Source: a virus
UHGV virus genome: UHGV-0785300
DNA: 27,913 nucleotides
Reading direction: 5' to 3' (one strand)
Shown: positions 18,013 through 26,815 of the stretch, piece by piece
Layout of the letters: each line of letters begins with the position of its first letter
How positions within the stretch are numbered: position 1 is the stretch's first letter
Position numbers and translations under genes: made by a program
Notes under the pieces: generated by a model
Database searches by the model: none
Told to the model about the DNA's origin: nothing
What the model saw: only the letters and a program-made list of their open reading frames with translations

Positions 18013-18041
18013 ATTATATGGGTGAATAGTTTATTGAATTA
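18013..18041 (-). promoter_or_regulatory. candidate promoter: TAATTCAATAAA box, 11 nt, TATAAT
   Basis: Minus strand reads TAATTCAATAAActattcacccaTATAAT about 29 nt upstream of the ATG at 17984; the same composite motif recurs at 20581..20611 and 26816..26842. Confidence 0.35.
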
Positions 18042-18237
18042 TTTGTTATGAAACCCAGAGCCTTGTGGACTTCTTCACGATTTTTAATTTCGGCCTGAGC
18101 CTCTGTGCGATTAATCTAGCGCTTGTGATGTCGGGAGAGGGCTTTGTAAACAAGCCTTGGCGTCAATGGCATCGATTAGACAACGGATCTCAGCGCATCA
18201 GGGGCTTGCCAACAGCCAATTGAAATACTTGCGCATG

Positions 18238-18450
18238 TCACTTCCTCATCAGTGAGAGTAGGTTGACCGTAGCCGGACGCGCATCAGGGGCGTAGAAGAC
18301 GTCCTGAGAGTGCCTCTTACAGCACGGGCAATCCTTCGTGGCGATTACACAGGGAGCCTTGCTTACGGCAAATCCGGCGGCTTCGGCTTCCTTCACAGTG
18401 GTGAATGGCAGGTAAGCACTTGTGCCCTGTCCTCCGCATGAACATTCCAT
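18238..18450 (-). CDS. small Cys-rich protein (70 aa)
   Basis: CxC...C...CxCC cluster; start ATG overlaps the stop of an upstream 38-codon ORF. Confidence 0.35.
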   Translation of the reverse strand: MECSCGGQGTSAYLPFTTVKEAEAAGFAVSKAPCVIATKDCPCCKRHSQDVFYAPDARPATVNLLSLMRK

Positions 18451-18566
18451 CAGCGTTTCCTCTTAAAGGGGATGACCAGGGCTATGATGAGAAGCATAGC
18501 TGTAATCATCCCACATGCTATCAGACCAAAGGCGAACGACTTCAGAACAAACTCAATCAAATTCAT
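18450..18566 (-). CDS. tiny single-pass membrane protein (38 aa), absent from the supplied ORF track
   Basis: By hand translation: MNLIEFVLKSFAFGLIACGMITAMLLIIALVIPFKRKR; ATGA overlaps at both ends. Confidence 0.3.
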   Translation of the reverse strand: MNLIEFVLKSFAFGLIACGMITAMLLIIALVIPFKRKR

Positions 18567-19768
18567 AATTTCCTCAATTTGGCTCTAGTGACCTGAGTTT
18601 GTTTAACGCCGTTGTACTCAGTCAGTTCTTTGACACGACCACGGATGATCATATCGCCCTGCAAGAACTCTGTATCCATATAAGAGGTCTTCCAGGTAAT
18701 TGTATTGCCTTCTGCTGTTTTGAAAGTAAACAGGTAACTATCACCATATTCATTGGAGAAGAGGAAGGTGCGCTTGTCGAACCTGACTTGAACTTCCAGC
18801 ATTTCACCGACTTCACCCACCCATTTGTTCTCCGCCTTGCGGTCAGTACGAGGACGATGGATGTAATCGTAATACTTCTTGGCACCCCAGCGGACTGTGT
18901 TGTTATCCTTGATGAGGTGATAGCCGGGTTCACACATGCGTTTCAGGCGAACATTGAACTCATTAGATTCGGACAGCGCACTGATGAAAAGCTTCATATG
19001 GTACATTTCCGACTCGGCATCTTCACGGTATTCGTGTGCCTTGTTTACGAAATACTCTTCATCGGAACCTGCTTTTGGTTTCTGGTGAGACCGGACATAG
19101 CCCAGTACTTTGTCAAACAGTTCAGACTTGATATCCACGCCTGCCAGCATCACCTGGAAGCATGCGCGCAGGTAACTGTGGGTGTCGGTGAAGCGCTCAT
19201 TTTGGACGCGATATATACCCTCTGGGTCGTCCTCGTCTGGCATGAAGAACTCTTGGATTTCCAGATAGTAAGACATAATCGCGTCAAGGGACTTCTGATG
19301 AGGCACATAATGATGCATACAGGTGCTACCAATCAGCATCTGGGTATGCGTTTCCTCATTTTCAATCACATACGTGTTCTTGCGACGGATGGCTAGATTG
19401 CAATGCTGACACCAAGAGACGTTCTCTGTCTCGAAGCGACGGATGAAGTCAGGATTGATGTTGTCGGACAGGCGGTTAAGAATAACCTTTGGATATTCGT
19501 GATTGAACTGACCGATGATCTTCCAGCCGCCATAAGAGATGGGGCGGTCAATGCCTTCGCCTTCGAGAGTAACAGGTTTCCACCAGTGGGTAAGGATCTC
19601 ACCAGTGAAGTCGCGGGTGTGGGTTTTGAAGGGTTCACCATAAGTCACAGTCGGAAACGGAACACCCAACCTTTCGGCAGTGCGCTCGAGCTTCTTCAAT
19701 CGCTCAACTACCAACCCTTCATTGTCGATCGGAATATTGAATGTTTTGACGTTCATTTCCAGCCTCAT
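18563..19768 (-). CDS. hypothetical protein with CxxC...CxHH zinc-binding cluster (about 401 aa)
   Basis: Long ORF; the track start is a TTG, so start set at the first ATG (MRLEMNV...); motif WCQHCN...STCMHHY. Confidence 0.5.
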   Translation of the reverse strand: MRLEMNVKTFNIPIDNEGLVVERLKKLERTAERLGVPFPTVTYGEPFKTHTRDFTGEILTHWWKPVTLEGEGIDRPISYGGWKIIGQFNHEYPKVILNRLSDNINPDFIRRFETENVSWCQHCNLAIRRKNTYVIENEETHTQMLIGSTCMHHYVPHQKSLDAIMSYYLEIQEFFMPDEDDPEGIYRVQNERFTDTHSYLRACFQVMLAGVDIKSELFDKVLGYVRSHQKPKAGSDEEYFVNKAHEYREDAESEMYHMKLFISALSESNEFNVRLKRMCEPGYHLIKDNNTVRWGAKKYYDYIHRPRTDRKAENKWVGEVGEMLEVQVRFDKRTFLFSNEYGDSYLFTFKTAEGNTITWKTSYMDTEFLQGDMIIRGRVKELTEYNGVKQTQVTRAKLRKL

Positions 19769-19829
19769 GATGTAGTTGTAACTCTTCAATACAGATTAAA
19801 TATTAGGCGATTATTTCTTGAAAGTAAAG

Positions 19830-19864
19830 TTTTTGAATTTAAAAGCCCAGTACTTGACTGGGCT
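19830..19864 (-). terminator. stem-loop AGCCCAGU-ACUUG-ACUGGGCU with a short U-run on the minus strand
   Basis: Perfect 8-bp inverted repeat 19 nt downstream of the stop at 19883; followed on the minus strand by UUUUAAAUUC. Confidence 0.4.
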
Positions 19865-19882
19865 TCTTGGTGTTCGATTGAC

Positions 19883-20197
19883 TTATTCGCCACTGACATT
19901 CGGATCTCGATCGGGCTTGGCGTTCGGGAATAGAGACTCGTATAAGTCTTGATATTTCTCGCTCGTTTCGATCGTCTTATGGTAAGTTCCATTGGCGCGG
20001 TCGGATACAACCTTGCGCAAGTCGCTGGCCTTGATACCCGTGTCTTTCGCCAGCTCGGCCAGAGTCTCAGTAATGAAAGTCTGTTCCGACTTGATGCGGA
20101 CCTGGGCGGCACGACAGTTTTCAATTGCACCTATCAGCTTGCGACGGGATTCAGGATCAGATGGTAGTACATAAAAACCGATTTGTTCTACAGACAT
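19883..20197 (-). CDS. hypothetical protein (104 aa)
   Basis: ORF with plausible SD; no confident motif. Confidence 0.4.
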   Translation of the reverse strand: MSVEQIGFYVLPSDPESRRKLIGAIENCRAAQVRIKSEQTFITETLAELAKDTGIKASDLRKVVSDRANGTYHKTIETSEKYQDLYESLFPNAKPDRDPNVSGE

Positions 20198-20212
20198 TTG
20201 GTGTTCCTCTTG

Positions 20213-20548
20213 TTAAGATCTCATGCCTTGTGGGATCAGATTAGTCCCGCAACGGCGTAAAAAGAAGTTTACGATTGAGTGATACTGGAACTTCGGGATG
20301 ATCTCTACACCATCTTCCGTCGTATACCATTCCACTGTGTTGGTGCGCACTGGAAGGGGGAATGACGGCAGATCCAGATGTACGAGTTCACCCTCTTGGC
20401 ATATCATACCAATTCCATATTCCTCCCAGATTTTACGATTGTTGAAGAACTCCAGAGTCTGCTCCGGACTCAGCTCAATCGCTTGTTTGGTGTGGCACAC
20501 CTGTTTGGCGGCCTGCACCAGGCCAGCCATAAAATCATTGTGTGACAT
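20213..20548 (-). CDS. hypothetical protein (111 aa)
   Basis: ORF with AGGAG SD 6 nt upstream, preceded by a promoter-like element. Confidence 0.4.
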   Translation of the reverse strand: MSHNDFMAGLVQAAKQVCHTKQAIELSPEQTLEFFNNRKIWEEYGIGMICQEGELVHLDLPSFPLPVRTNTVEWYTTEDGVEIIPKFQYHSIVNFFLRRCGTNLIPQGMRS

Positions 20549-20580
20549 GATGTGCTCCTGGTTTATATTCAGATCATAGA

Positions 20581-20611
20581 ATTATACCCTATGACCCGCT
20601 TTATTGAATTA
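20581..20611 (-). promoter_or_regulatory. candidate promoter: TAATTCAATAAA box, 13 nt, TATAAT
   Basis: Minus strand reads TAATTCAATAAAgcgggtcatagggTATAAT immediately after the helicase stop and about 32 nt upstream of the ATG at 20548. Confidence 0.35.
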
Positions 20612-20612
20612 C

Positions 20613-22037
20613 CTAGAATTTCCAATTATTGACTGTTTGGGCTTTCTGCTCATCGCTGGCAGCAGCCCCGGACTTGTTGAGGTCATGTTTGATGTGTACG
20701 TTTTCGACATATTTGGCCTCAGCCTCAGTCAGGTCCTTCTTAACTTCGTTCCAGTCCAGGTCAAACAGGATCTGTTTGTCTTGGTCCATACCAAACAGGA
20801 ATGATTTCAGCTTCTGCTTGTTGGCATAACGGTTCTTGAGTATTGAGGCTCGGGCTTTCTTGACCGCCGCCAGTTCGTCAGGAGCATAGAATGCCATGAT
20901 GAAGTCGGCCACCTTCGGAATACCGATAGCATCTGCCAAATCACTGATTCCACCATCAGTGCTATTCTGATTCTCACGATTGAACTGCATACCAGTCCAT
21001 ACAGGGACATCAAACTCAAATCCCAGCGCACGAAACTCACGAGCCACAGACGTGTAATAGACGTTCGTGTTCTGCATCAGGTGGGCAGGCAGGCGTGAGG
21101 AAGCAGCTTCGCCAAGATAGTCAATAACGATAACATCAGGAGCACGACCAGTTGCCTGGATGTACTCAAGGATATCGCGGCGGAATAAACCTGTGTGTCC
21201 AGTACCAGAAGGATATTCCTTGATGACGATATCACCCTTGGGCGCACCATCTTGGCGACTGCGGAGCTTCTCTATCGTTGCAATATACTCGTGCCTTGTG
21301 AGTTTCTCTAAAGACTCAAAGTCGCGTCGCATGATACGGGCATCAAGACGGTGTCGCCAGACGTTCTCGGCCACTTCAAGGGTGAAGACAAAGACGTTCA
21401 GCCCCTGCTCCGAGTACCCTGCGGTCAGGTCAATCAGCGTTGTGGTCTTACCTGCGTTGATCGCACCTGTTACGATGTTCAGTGTCTTCTTACCAACGCC
21501 ACCACGTGTCGCCTTATTGAATATCTCAACTGCGAACGGGATCTTGGCCTCGTTGGAGTTCATGTGGTCATACTGCTCTGCCGCCATCTCCCAATAGATG
21601 TGACCGAGGTATGAATCAAACCGGATCGCCAGGGCTTCCTGCAACATGGTCGGGATGTTGTTCATCTCGTCCTTGCGCTTCTCGTCACCGTAGATGTTAA
21701 CGGCGGTCTTGATTGCGTTGTGTACGGCCTTTTGCCGCGCCCAAGCCTCGGTTTCCTTCGCCAGCCACTCTTCATTGAAGGTGTTGTCGTTGATGTTCTC
21801 CAGGGCAGATACCGCCTGGTCAAACACATATTCGTTCAGCTTTGTCCGTTCAAGAATGATAGATAGTGCTTCGACAGACGGGCGGGCATTGTACTCTGAG
21901 GTATAACTGTCAATCAGACCAAAGATGACCTTTTCGCCTTCGTTGTCAAAATAATCGGCTTTCAGGTACGGCAGGATCTTTCTTTGGTAATCTTCATTGT
22001 AAATCAACTGTGAAAGCACGACAGATTCGAGTAACAT
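20613..22037 (-). CDS. replicative DNA helicase (DnaB-like, T4 gp41-type)
   Basis: 474 aa; Walker A GAINAGKTT; DnaB-like domain order; sits downstream of uvsX as in T4. Confidence 0.8.
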   Translation of the reverse strand: MLLESVVLSQLIYNEDYQRKILPYLKADYFDNEGEKVIFGLIDSYTSEYNARPSVEALSIILERTKLNEYVFDQAVSALENINDNTFNEEWLAKETEAWARQKAVHNAIKTAVNIYGDEKRKDEMNNIPTMLQEALAIRFDSYLGHIYWEMAAEQYDHMNSNEAKIPFAVEIFNKATRGGVGKKTLNIVTGAINAGKTTTLIDLTAGYSEQGLNVFVFTLEVAENVWRHRLDARIMRRDFESLEKLTRHEYIATIEKLRSRQDGAPKGDIVIKEYPSGTGHTGLFRRDILEYIQATGRAPDVIVIDYLGEAASSRLPAHLMQNTNVYYTSVAREFRALGFEFDVPVWTGMQFNRENQNSTDGGISDLADAIGIPKVADFIMAFYAPDELAAVKKARASILKNRYANKQKLKSFLFGMDQDKQILFDLDWNEVKKDLTEAEAKYVENVHIKHDLNKSGAAASDEQKAQTVNNWKF

Positions 22038-22043
22038 TGGCCA

Positions 22044-22373
22044 CTACCCCACCAAAAATTTATTATATTCCTGAGCATTACGCTGCATGAGGTCTACAAG
22101 GATATCCCCTGACACCTCAGTGAACAAGTCATTTTCTTTCAAATTCACAAACATCAGACGCAATGGTTTCTTCAATATATCAGTCACGAAAGACAGGCGG
22201 GGTTCGCCGTCCACTTCGTTGATGGCCACCTTGCCGAACCGGAATTGAACACCACGGAATTTGCCAGAAGTGATCTTGATGATCGCCAGCTGATCAGCAC
22301 CAGGGTCGATGATTGTGTAGTTATTGGGGGAGTCTCCTCCCCCTCCACTGTTATTCGCTTGTGTTGATAACAT
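22044..22373 (-). CDS. hypothetical protein at the T4 gene-40 position
   Basis: Start placed at the internal ATG (MLSTQANNSGGGGDSP...), which still overlaps the uvsX 3' end by about 23 nt; assignment by position only. Confidence 0.3.
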   Translation of the reverse strand: MLSTQANNSGGGGDSPNNYTIIDPGADQLAIIKITSGKFRGVQFRFGKVAINEVDGEPRLSFVTDILKKPLRLMFVNLKENDLFTEVSGDILVDLMQRNAQEYNKFLVG

Positions 22374-23436
22374 GGTCCATTTGCTCCAGCATGTTAGCAG
22401 GCATAACAGTACCGTTAGAAACACCGAACATTTTCTTCACGTCATCGGCGAAGTTGACATTCTCCAGCAGCGGATACCAGAAATCATCACCCATCTGACG
22501 CTTCTGATATTTCTTTTCCTTCTCAGGATCGAAGCCGCCCTTGGCTGTACGCACATACCAGCCGGAAGACGGCATATCAACATAACCCAGAGCACGAGCG
22601 ATCTCAAGCAGGCCGCTCCAGCGATCAATACCACCGTTGTACAGTACCGTCACAGGGAGCTTGGCTTTCTCTTTGACATGGCGACCTTTCATGATGCTTA
22701 TGTTGAAGTTCCAGCCCAGCAGATCTTTGTCTTCCTTCACCTGAGAACGGGTGATAAACCAGATCAAGTTGGAGGATAAGAAGCCCTGCTTGCCGCCTTT
22801 GATGTTGGGCTCGGCATACTGGTTGCCGATCTCATCGTAATAGGAGTTGATCCAAACACACACGAGATTTTTGCTGTTGATTTCGGGAGTCATGACACGC
22901 CAGAAGCTGTTAAGGGCACGGGCGCGGGTCATGTCTTGAGTGTCGTTCCCTTTGATCGCATCTTCAACTTCCTTGGTGGAGGGAAGTTGGCTGATAGAGT
23001 CGATGAAGATTATAACATGGTCGCCTTTCTTGACTTCCTGTAGGATCTGCAGCAAGCGGATCTTGGTCTGTTCAACGTTGTCGATCGGTACGTACAGGAC
23101 GCGGTCCATGTCAATGCCCATAGAGGTCCAGTAATCGGCGTTGGCACCCTTTTCTGAGTCCGCAAAGACGCAGATAGCATCAGGGAACTTGTCCATGTAC
23201 GCCTTGACGTCCACCAGGCCGAACATCGTTTTGAAGGTACGGGAATCACCCACCATCATCTTGATACCGGAGATCAGGCCGCCGTCAATACGCCCAGACC
23301 ATGCGATGTCGATCAGGGGAATACCAGTAGAACAGATGATAGACGGTTCCAGAGCGTCTGATTGGGACAGCACTGAAGCCTGGTCATCGTGTTTCTTAGC
23401 AACCTTCAGCATGCGGTCCATTAATGAACTGGCCAT
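22351..23436 (-). CDS. uvsX: UvsX recombinase (RecA/Rad51 family)
   Basis: GIKMMVGDSRTFKTMFGLVDVKAYMDKFPDAICVFADSEKG closely matches the T4 UvsX Walker-A region (LLILAGPSKSFKSNFGL...YPDAVCLFYDSEFG); AAAGAGGAAG SD. Confidence 0.85.
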   Translation of the reverse strand: MASSLMDRMLKVAKKHDDQASVLSQSDALEPSIICSTGIPLIDIAWSGRIDGGLISGIKMMVGDSRTFKTMFGLVDVKAYMDKFPDAICVFADSEKGANADYWTSMGIDMDRVLYVPIDNVEQTKIRLLQILQEVKKGDHVIIFIDSISQLPSTKEVEDAIKGNDTQDMTRARALNSFWRVMTPEINSKNLVCVWINSYYDEIGNQYAEPNIKGGKQGFLSSNLIWFITRSQVKEDKDLLGWNFNISIMKGRHVKEKAKLPVTVLYNGGIDRWSGLLEIARALGYVDMPSSGWYVRTAKGGFDPEKEKKYQKRQMGDDFWYPLLENVNFADDVKKMFGVSNGTVMPANMLEQMDHVINTSE

Positions 23437-23963
23437 TTCACTTCCTCTTTGTTGTTAATCGTCGTTAGTAAGTCTACACCCATAACCTTCTGGGACAAAA
23501 TGTTAACCGCCTCTTGGATGCTCTTCAGGGACATTGTCTCAACAAGTGACGATGCGTCATTATGCCGGTCGGTTAGGTACATATTGCGCAGATTGTTGTA
23601 GTTCGTGCGGTTGATGCACGCAGTGTTCAGTGCTATATTCAGGATATACATCATCTGTTCAATGGTTATATCCTTTGGCATAGCGTGGATGTAATAGATC
23701 GAGCCTTCAAAATAGACGTCTACCAGTTCATCTGGTATCTTGGTGCCACCACCGGCATACTCTTCGATCATCCTGAACAGAGACTCTGGTTGCTCGCTGG
23801 CGATCTTATGCGTAACAGTCGCCGAAAGACCGTCGCCCGGTTTAACAGGCCTGGTGTATTCGGTAAAGAATACATTATGTCCGCCGCCGATGATGTGCTC
23901 GGCGAATTTGGAGGATGCCTGAGCAGCGTTCTCCGCATGGTATGAAACGACGACTGTAAACAT
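23421..23963 (-). CDS. hypothetical protein (180 aa) within the nucleotide-metabolism operon
   Basis: ATG coupled to the upstream stop; overlaps the uvsX start by 16 nt; no confident motif. Confidence 0.45.
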   Translation of the reverse strand: MFTVVVSYHAENAAQASSKFAEHIIGGGHNVFFTEYTRPVKPGDGLSATVTHKIASEQPESLFRMIEEYAGGGTKIPDELVDVYFEGSIYYIHAMPKDITIEQMMYILNIALNTACINRTNYNNLRNMYLTDRHNDASSLVETMSLKSIQEAVNILSQKVMGVDLLTTINNKEEVKWPVH

Positions 23964-24517
23964 TAGAACTCCAGGGTCAGAGGGGTTTCTGCGGACTTGT
24001 CGTAATCCGCGCCACCAGAAGCACGTAGACGATTGCGATCGTTCTTGCGTTTGTGCGCCAGTATGTAAGTCTCAATGTCGATCTCCATATAAGAACACGC
24101 AGACGACAGGAAGAACATGAGAGTCTCAACGCAAGGATCGTTCATGAATTGCCCAAGGCGGTACGTAACATTGCGATGCCCTGCAACACCCAAAGCACAC
24201 GGGGTGAATTCGCGATTACTAAGGACTTCAAATTCTTCTTCGATCTCACCTTTGGTGCGGTCCACAAGGATGAAGCACAACATGAAGTGTACCACGTCCA
24301 CCAGTTCATAAACTGCGTTCGTATGGTCAAACCCGATGTCGTTGCCATAGACCTTCCAGTCACGGGTGGTTTCATCAAGGAACTCTGCCCACTCACGATA
24401 GATAGAGTTGATGACTGCATTCTGACTCCATACATTCTTCCACTCTTCCCCAAAGTAGGCCACGTTGGTGGCCTTTTGGAGTTCGAGCAGGCTTTGGATA
24501 TGCCCTGCTGTGATCAT
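23963..24517 (-). CDS. putative all-alpha dNTP pyrophosphatase (T4 gp56 dCTPase/dUTPase-like)
   Basis: Acidic helical motifs (EEWKNVW..., EWAEFLDET..., ELVDVVHFMLCFIL) resemble the gp56/dimeric-dUTPase pattern as remembered; ATGA coupling to the dNMP kinase gene. Confidence 0.5.
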   Translation of the reverse strand: MITAGHIQSLLELQKATNVAYFGEEWKNVWSQNAVINSIYREWAEFLDETTRDWKVYGNDIGFDHTNAVYELVDVVHFMLCFILVDRTKGEIEEEFEVLSNREFTPCALGVAGHRNVTYRLGQFMNDPCVETLMFFLSSACSYMEIDIETYILAHKRKNDRNRLRASGGADYDKSAETPLTLEF

Positions 24518-25083
24518 TTACGTTCTCCGTAGAATTTAACGAACGGTGCCCAACCATCAAATGGATTGAGGAATTCGTAGTCCACTTTCATTTGGTCAAT
24601 GAAAGCCTCTATATCGTCCTCTATGATACCAGCACGGTCGGCCTTTGAAATACGGGTGATAGGACATTTCGTACTCAGCGCCCATTCATATTCCTGAGGG
24701 GTACGCAGATCGCTCACGATATAATGGACGTGGGGGTTCTGCTCTACCAAAGGAAGCTGGAAGCGCTTGAAGAATGCCAGGAACAGATCAGGCTGTACGT
24801 AACGCAAGCCCGTATCGCTGCCTAGATGAAGCCAGATCTGCCGTGGAGTTAAGCCCTTGGGGTTATCAGGGTGCACGTAAGGAACGTCCTTCACGGCATC
24901 CTCTACCTCCGCTGGCAGCCATGGATAGATGAAGTTGGCAACCCGGCGCAGTTCATCTGAGAACGAAAGGCGCTGGATGTCCATATCACCCTGTAGTTGG
25001 TGATAGCTGATGAGGGACTCCAAACAGAAGTCCTTGCCGGAACGCTTGCGCCCCGTAAAGAATTCAAGATTTGGGTACATCAT
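24514..25083 (-). CDS. deoxynucleoside monophosphate kinase (T4 gp1-like)
   Basis: P-loop FFTGRKRSGKDF matches T4 gp1 FLSGVKRSGKDT; YIVSDLRTPQEYE resembles gp1 YIVPDTRQDHEMD. Confidence 0.7.
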   Translation of the reverse strand: MMYPNLEFFTGRKRSGKDFCLESLISYHQLQGDMDIQRLSFSDELRRVANFIYPWLPAEVEDAVKDVPYVHPDNPKGLTPRQIWLHLGSDTGLRYVQPDLFLAFFKRFQLPLVEQNPHVHYIVSDLRTPQEYEWALSTKCPITRISKADRAGIIEDDIEAFIDQMKVDYEFLNPFDGWAPFVKFYGERK

Positions 25084-26126
25084 ACTACACCTTCCAGGAA
25101 CTTAGGATCAACGATCTTGCGGTCAACCGGAGAATGGGTGAGCGCGGTGTTCAATCCATGATCCTGAATCAGGTCCAGGTTAATGAGCTTGTTATTCAAT
25201 TTGCAGTGCAGGCAGTATGCCATCTGCACAATCAGACCGCGATCCGCATCATACTCCTTCAGGAAGGCAACAACAGTTTCCCAAGGACTACCGAAGTCAC
25301 AATGAACAAGCACGCCAGTGAACAGATCGCGGATATGGTTCTGGTTGGTCACGTTCGTGAAGTGGATCATGGAGTTGATGAACCCAGCTTCTACTTTGGT
25401 GTCCTTCGTGATCTTGCCCAGCTGCTTCTGGCTGACTTCATTGTTGTAGTAATGAAGATTGTTAGAGAATAGCTTGTACTGACCGACATCAACATCCAAC
25501 ACCCGAGCAATCACTTCCTGAAGAATAGAGAACTCAATGAAGTTGATTGAACTCATACCCCACAGAACATCCTGTGAGCGATTGATAACCGTCAGGTTCA
25601 GACGACCTTCAACGATGGCGAACAACAGAGCCAGGTTACACACCATGTCCTTAGTCTTCGCTTCGCCGCTCTCGCTGAACTTCGCCAGACCAGCATCCGA
25701 ATCCAGAGCCGGATCATAGATGGTGAGGTACGCCTGGCGAGTGTTTGGATTCTTGCGCAGGCGGTTGATGACGCTATCCAGCTGGCCATGGGCGTACAGA
25801 CGCGGACCATAAGCGGCTCGCCATGTGTGGCCGTTGTCGGAAAAGTTGGCGGCGCGGGGCAACACGCGGGACAGGAAGCGAACGTCATCGCGCCCGGACA
25901 GAACCCAGAAGGTCTCGCCGATGGCAGCGATAGCCGATGAGTTACGACCTTCAACGGATAGCCAGCGGTCACGGATGTCGGCGACGGTTATGGTCACGCC
26001 ATCAAGGAAGCGGGTGCTATCAGTATTGATTTCAGCATTACCAGGATCAGATTCGATCCCGAATTCACGGATAGCCAAGACAGCCTGTTTCAGCATGTCA
26101 TTGTTGTTTATTGCTTTGATTTCCAT
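25080..26126 (-). CDS. thymidylate-synthase-fold pyrimidine hydroxymethylase (dUMP/dCMP hydroxymethylase-like) with C-terminal extension
   Basis: NPNTRQAYLTIY matches the T4 gp42 and TS motif NPDSRRGIMIY; catalytic-Cys context DMVCNLALLF; NRSQDVLWG matches RSNDVVFG/RSCDVFLG; SNNLHYY matches the TS C-terminal motif; 348 aa versus about 250 for gp42. Confidence 0.7.
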   Translation of the reverse strand: MEIKAINNNDMLKQAVLAIREFGIESDPGNAEINTDSTRFLDGVTITVADIRDRWLSVEGRNSSAIAAIGETFWVLSGRDDVRFLSRVLPRAANFSDNGHTWRAAYGPRLYAHGQLDSVINRLRKNPNTRQAYLTIYDPALDSDAGLAKFSESGEAKTKDMVCNLALLFAIVEGRLNLTVINRSQDVLWGMSSINFIEFSILQEVIARVLDVDVGQYKLFSNNLHYYNNEVSQKQLGKITKDTKVEAGFINSMIHFTNVTNQNHIRDLFTGVLVHCDFGSPWETVVAFLKEYDADRGLIVQMAYCLHCKLNNKLINLDLIQDHGLNTALTHSPVDRKIVDPKFLEGVV

Positions 26127-26785
26127 CAGATACTCCCAAAATCACGACAGAGGAATGCCATCACAGCCTGGTCTACTGTTAGGCCGTGAGACTTCATCAT
26201 ACCCGCAGCCACCGTAGGGAACAAGTCTTTATGTCGTTGACAATGGTCATGAACTCTCTCCCACTTCTCAACCACCAGACTTTCATTGAAGTCCACACCG
26301 CCGTTACGTGATTTAACACGGGCGATACACGTTTCAAGAGGAGTGTCCATAAAGAGCACAACCAATTCACGTGGTGGGCGTGTCAGACGGGGGATCCAAG
26401 AACTCAATAATGTGGATGGAATGATACCTTCGAAAATCACATCATATTTCAAGTATTCTGGTTGGTCAGCAATAGACAACGCGAACAACATCTGCTCAGT
26501 GTCCTTCAGGGAATCAACCCCCTTGGACTTCGACTTGTCATATTTACCGATACAGACCACGTTGAACGAAGGACAGACAGTCAGCATGACCTTGCCGTTA
26601 TGGGTCACGACATACGCCTGAGGATCCCTCTCCGCCAGCTGAGACGGCACAGTGGATTTACCGCTACCATTGGAGCCTTTGACGTAGTAGATTTGCCCTC
26701 GTGCTGGGTAGATCCCCTTTACGACGGGTGGTTTAAAGAATGTGTGGACGGGGCGCTTCATCAGCCCCTTCAGGGAGTAGGACAT
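26126..26785 (-). CDS. P-loop nucleotide/polynucleotide kinase-like protein (candidate hydroxymethyl-pyrimidine kinase)
   Basis: Walker A VKGSNGSGKST near the N-terminus; 219 aa; ATGA coupled to the hydroxymethylase gene; GGAGCAG SD. Confidence 0.5.
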   Translation of the reverse strand: MSYSLKGLMKRPVHTFFKPPVVKGIYPARGQIYYVKGSNGSGKSTVPSQLAERDPQAYVVTHNGKVMLTVCPSFNVVCIGKYDKSKSKGVDSLKDTEQMLFALSIADQPEYLKYDVIFEGIIPSTLLSSWIPRLTRPPRELVVLFMDTPLETCIARVKSRNGGVDFNESLVVEKWERVHDHCQRHKDLFPTVAAGMMKSHGLTVDQAVMAFLCRDFGSI

Positions 26786-26815
26786 AAACTGCTCCGATAA
26801 ACAAAAGGAGCTGCT

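Noticed and set aside
18599-19396. 265-aa plus-strand ORF antisense to the zinc-cluster protein gene
   Set aside because: It is fully nested antisense within a longer minus-strand ORF, with no SD and a biased composition.
18563-19768. Calling the 401-aa zinc-cluster protein a DnaG/gp61-type primase from synteny
   Set aside because: The zinc cluster is internal rather than N-terminal and I could not find TOPRIM E-G-x-x-D / D-x-D motifs; kept as hypothetical with primase as a hypothesis only.
19861-19882. tRNA-like T-loop sequence GTGTTCGATTG
   Set aside because: No acceptor, D or anticodon stems could be built around it; it is an isolated chance match next to the terminator hairpin.
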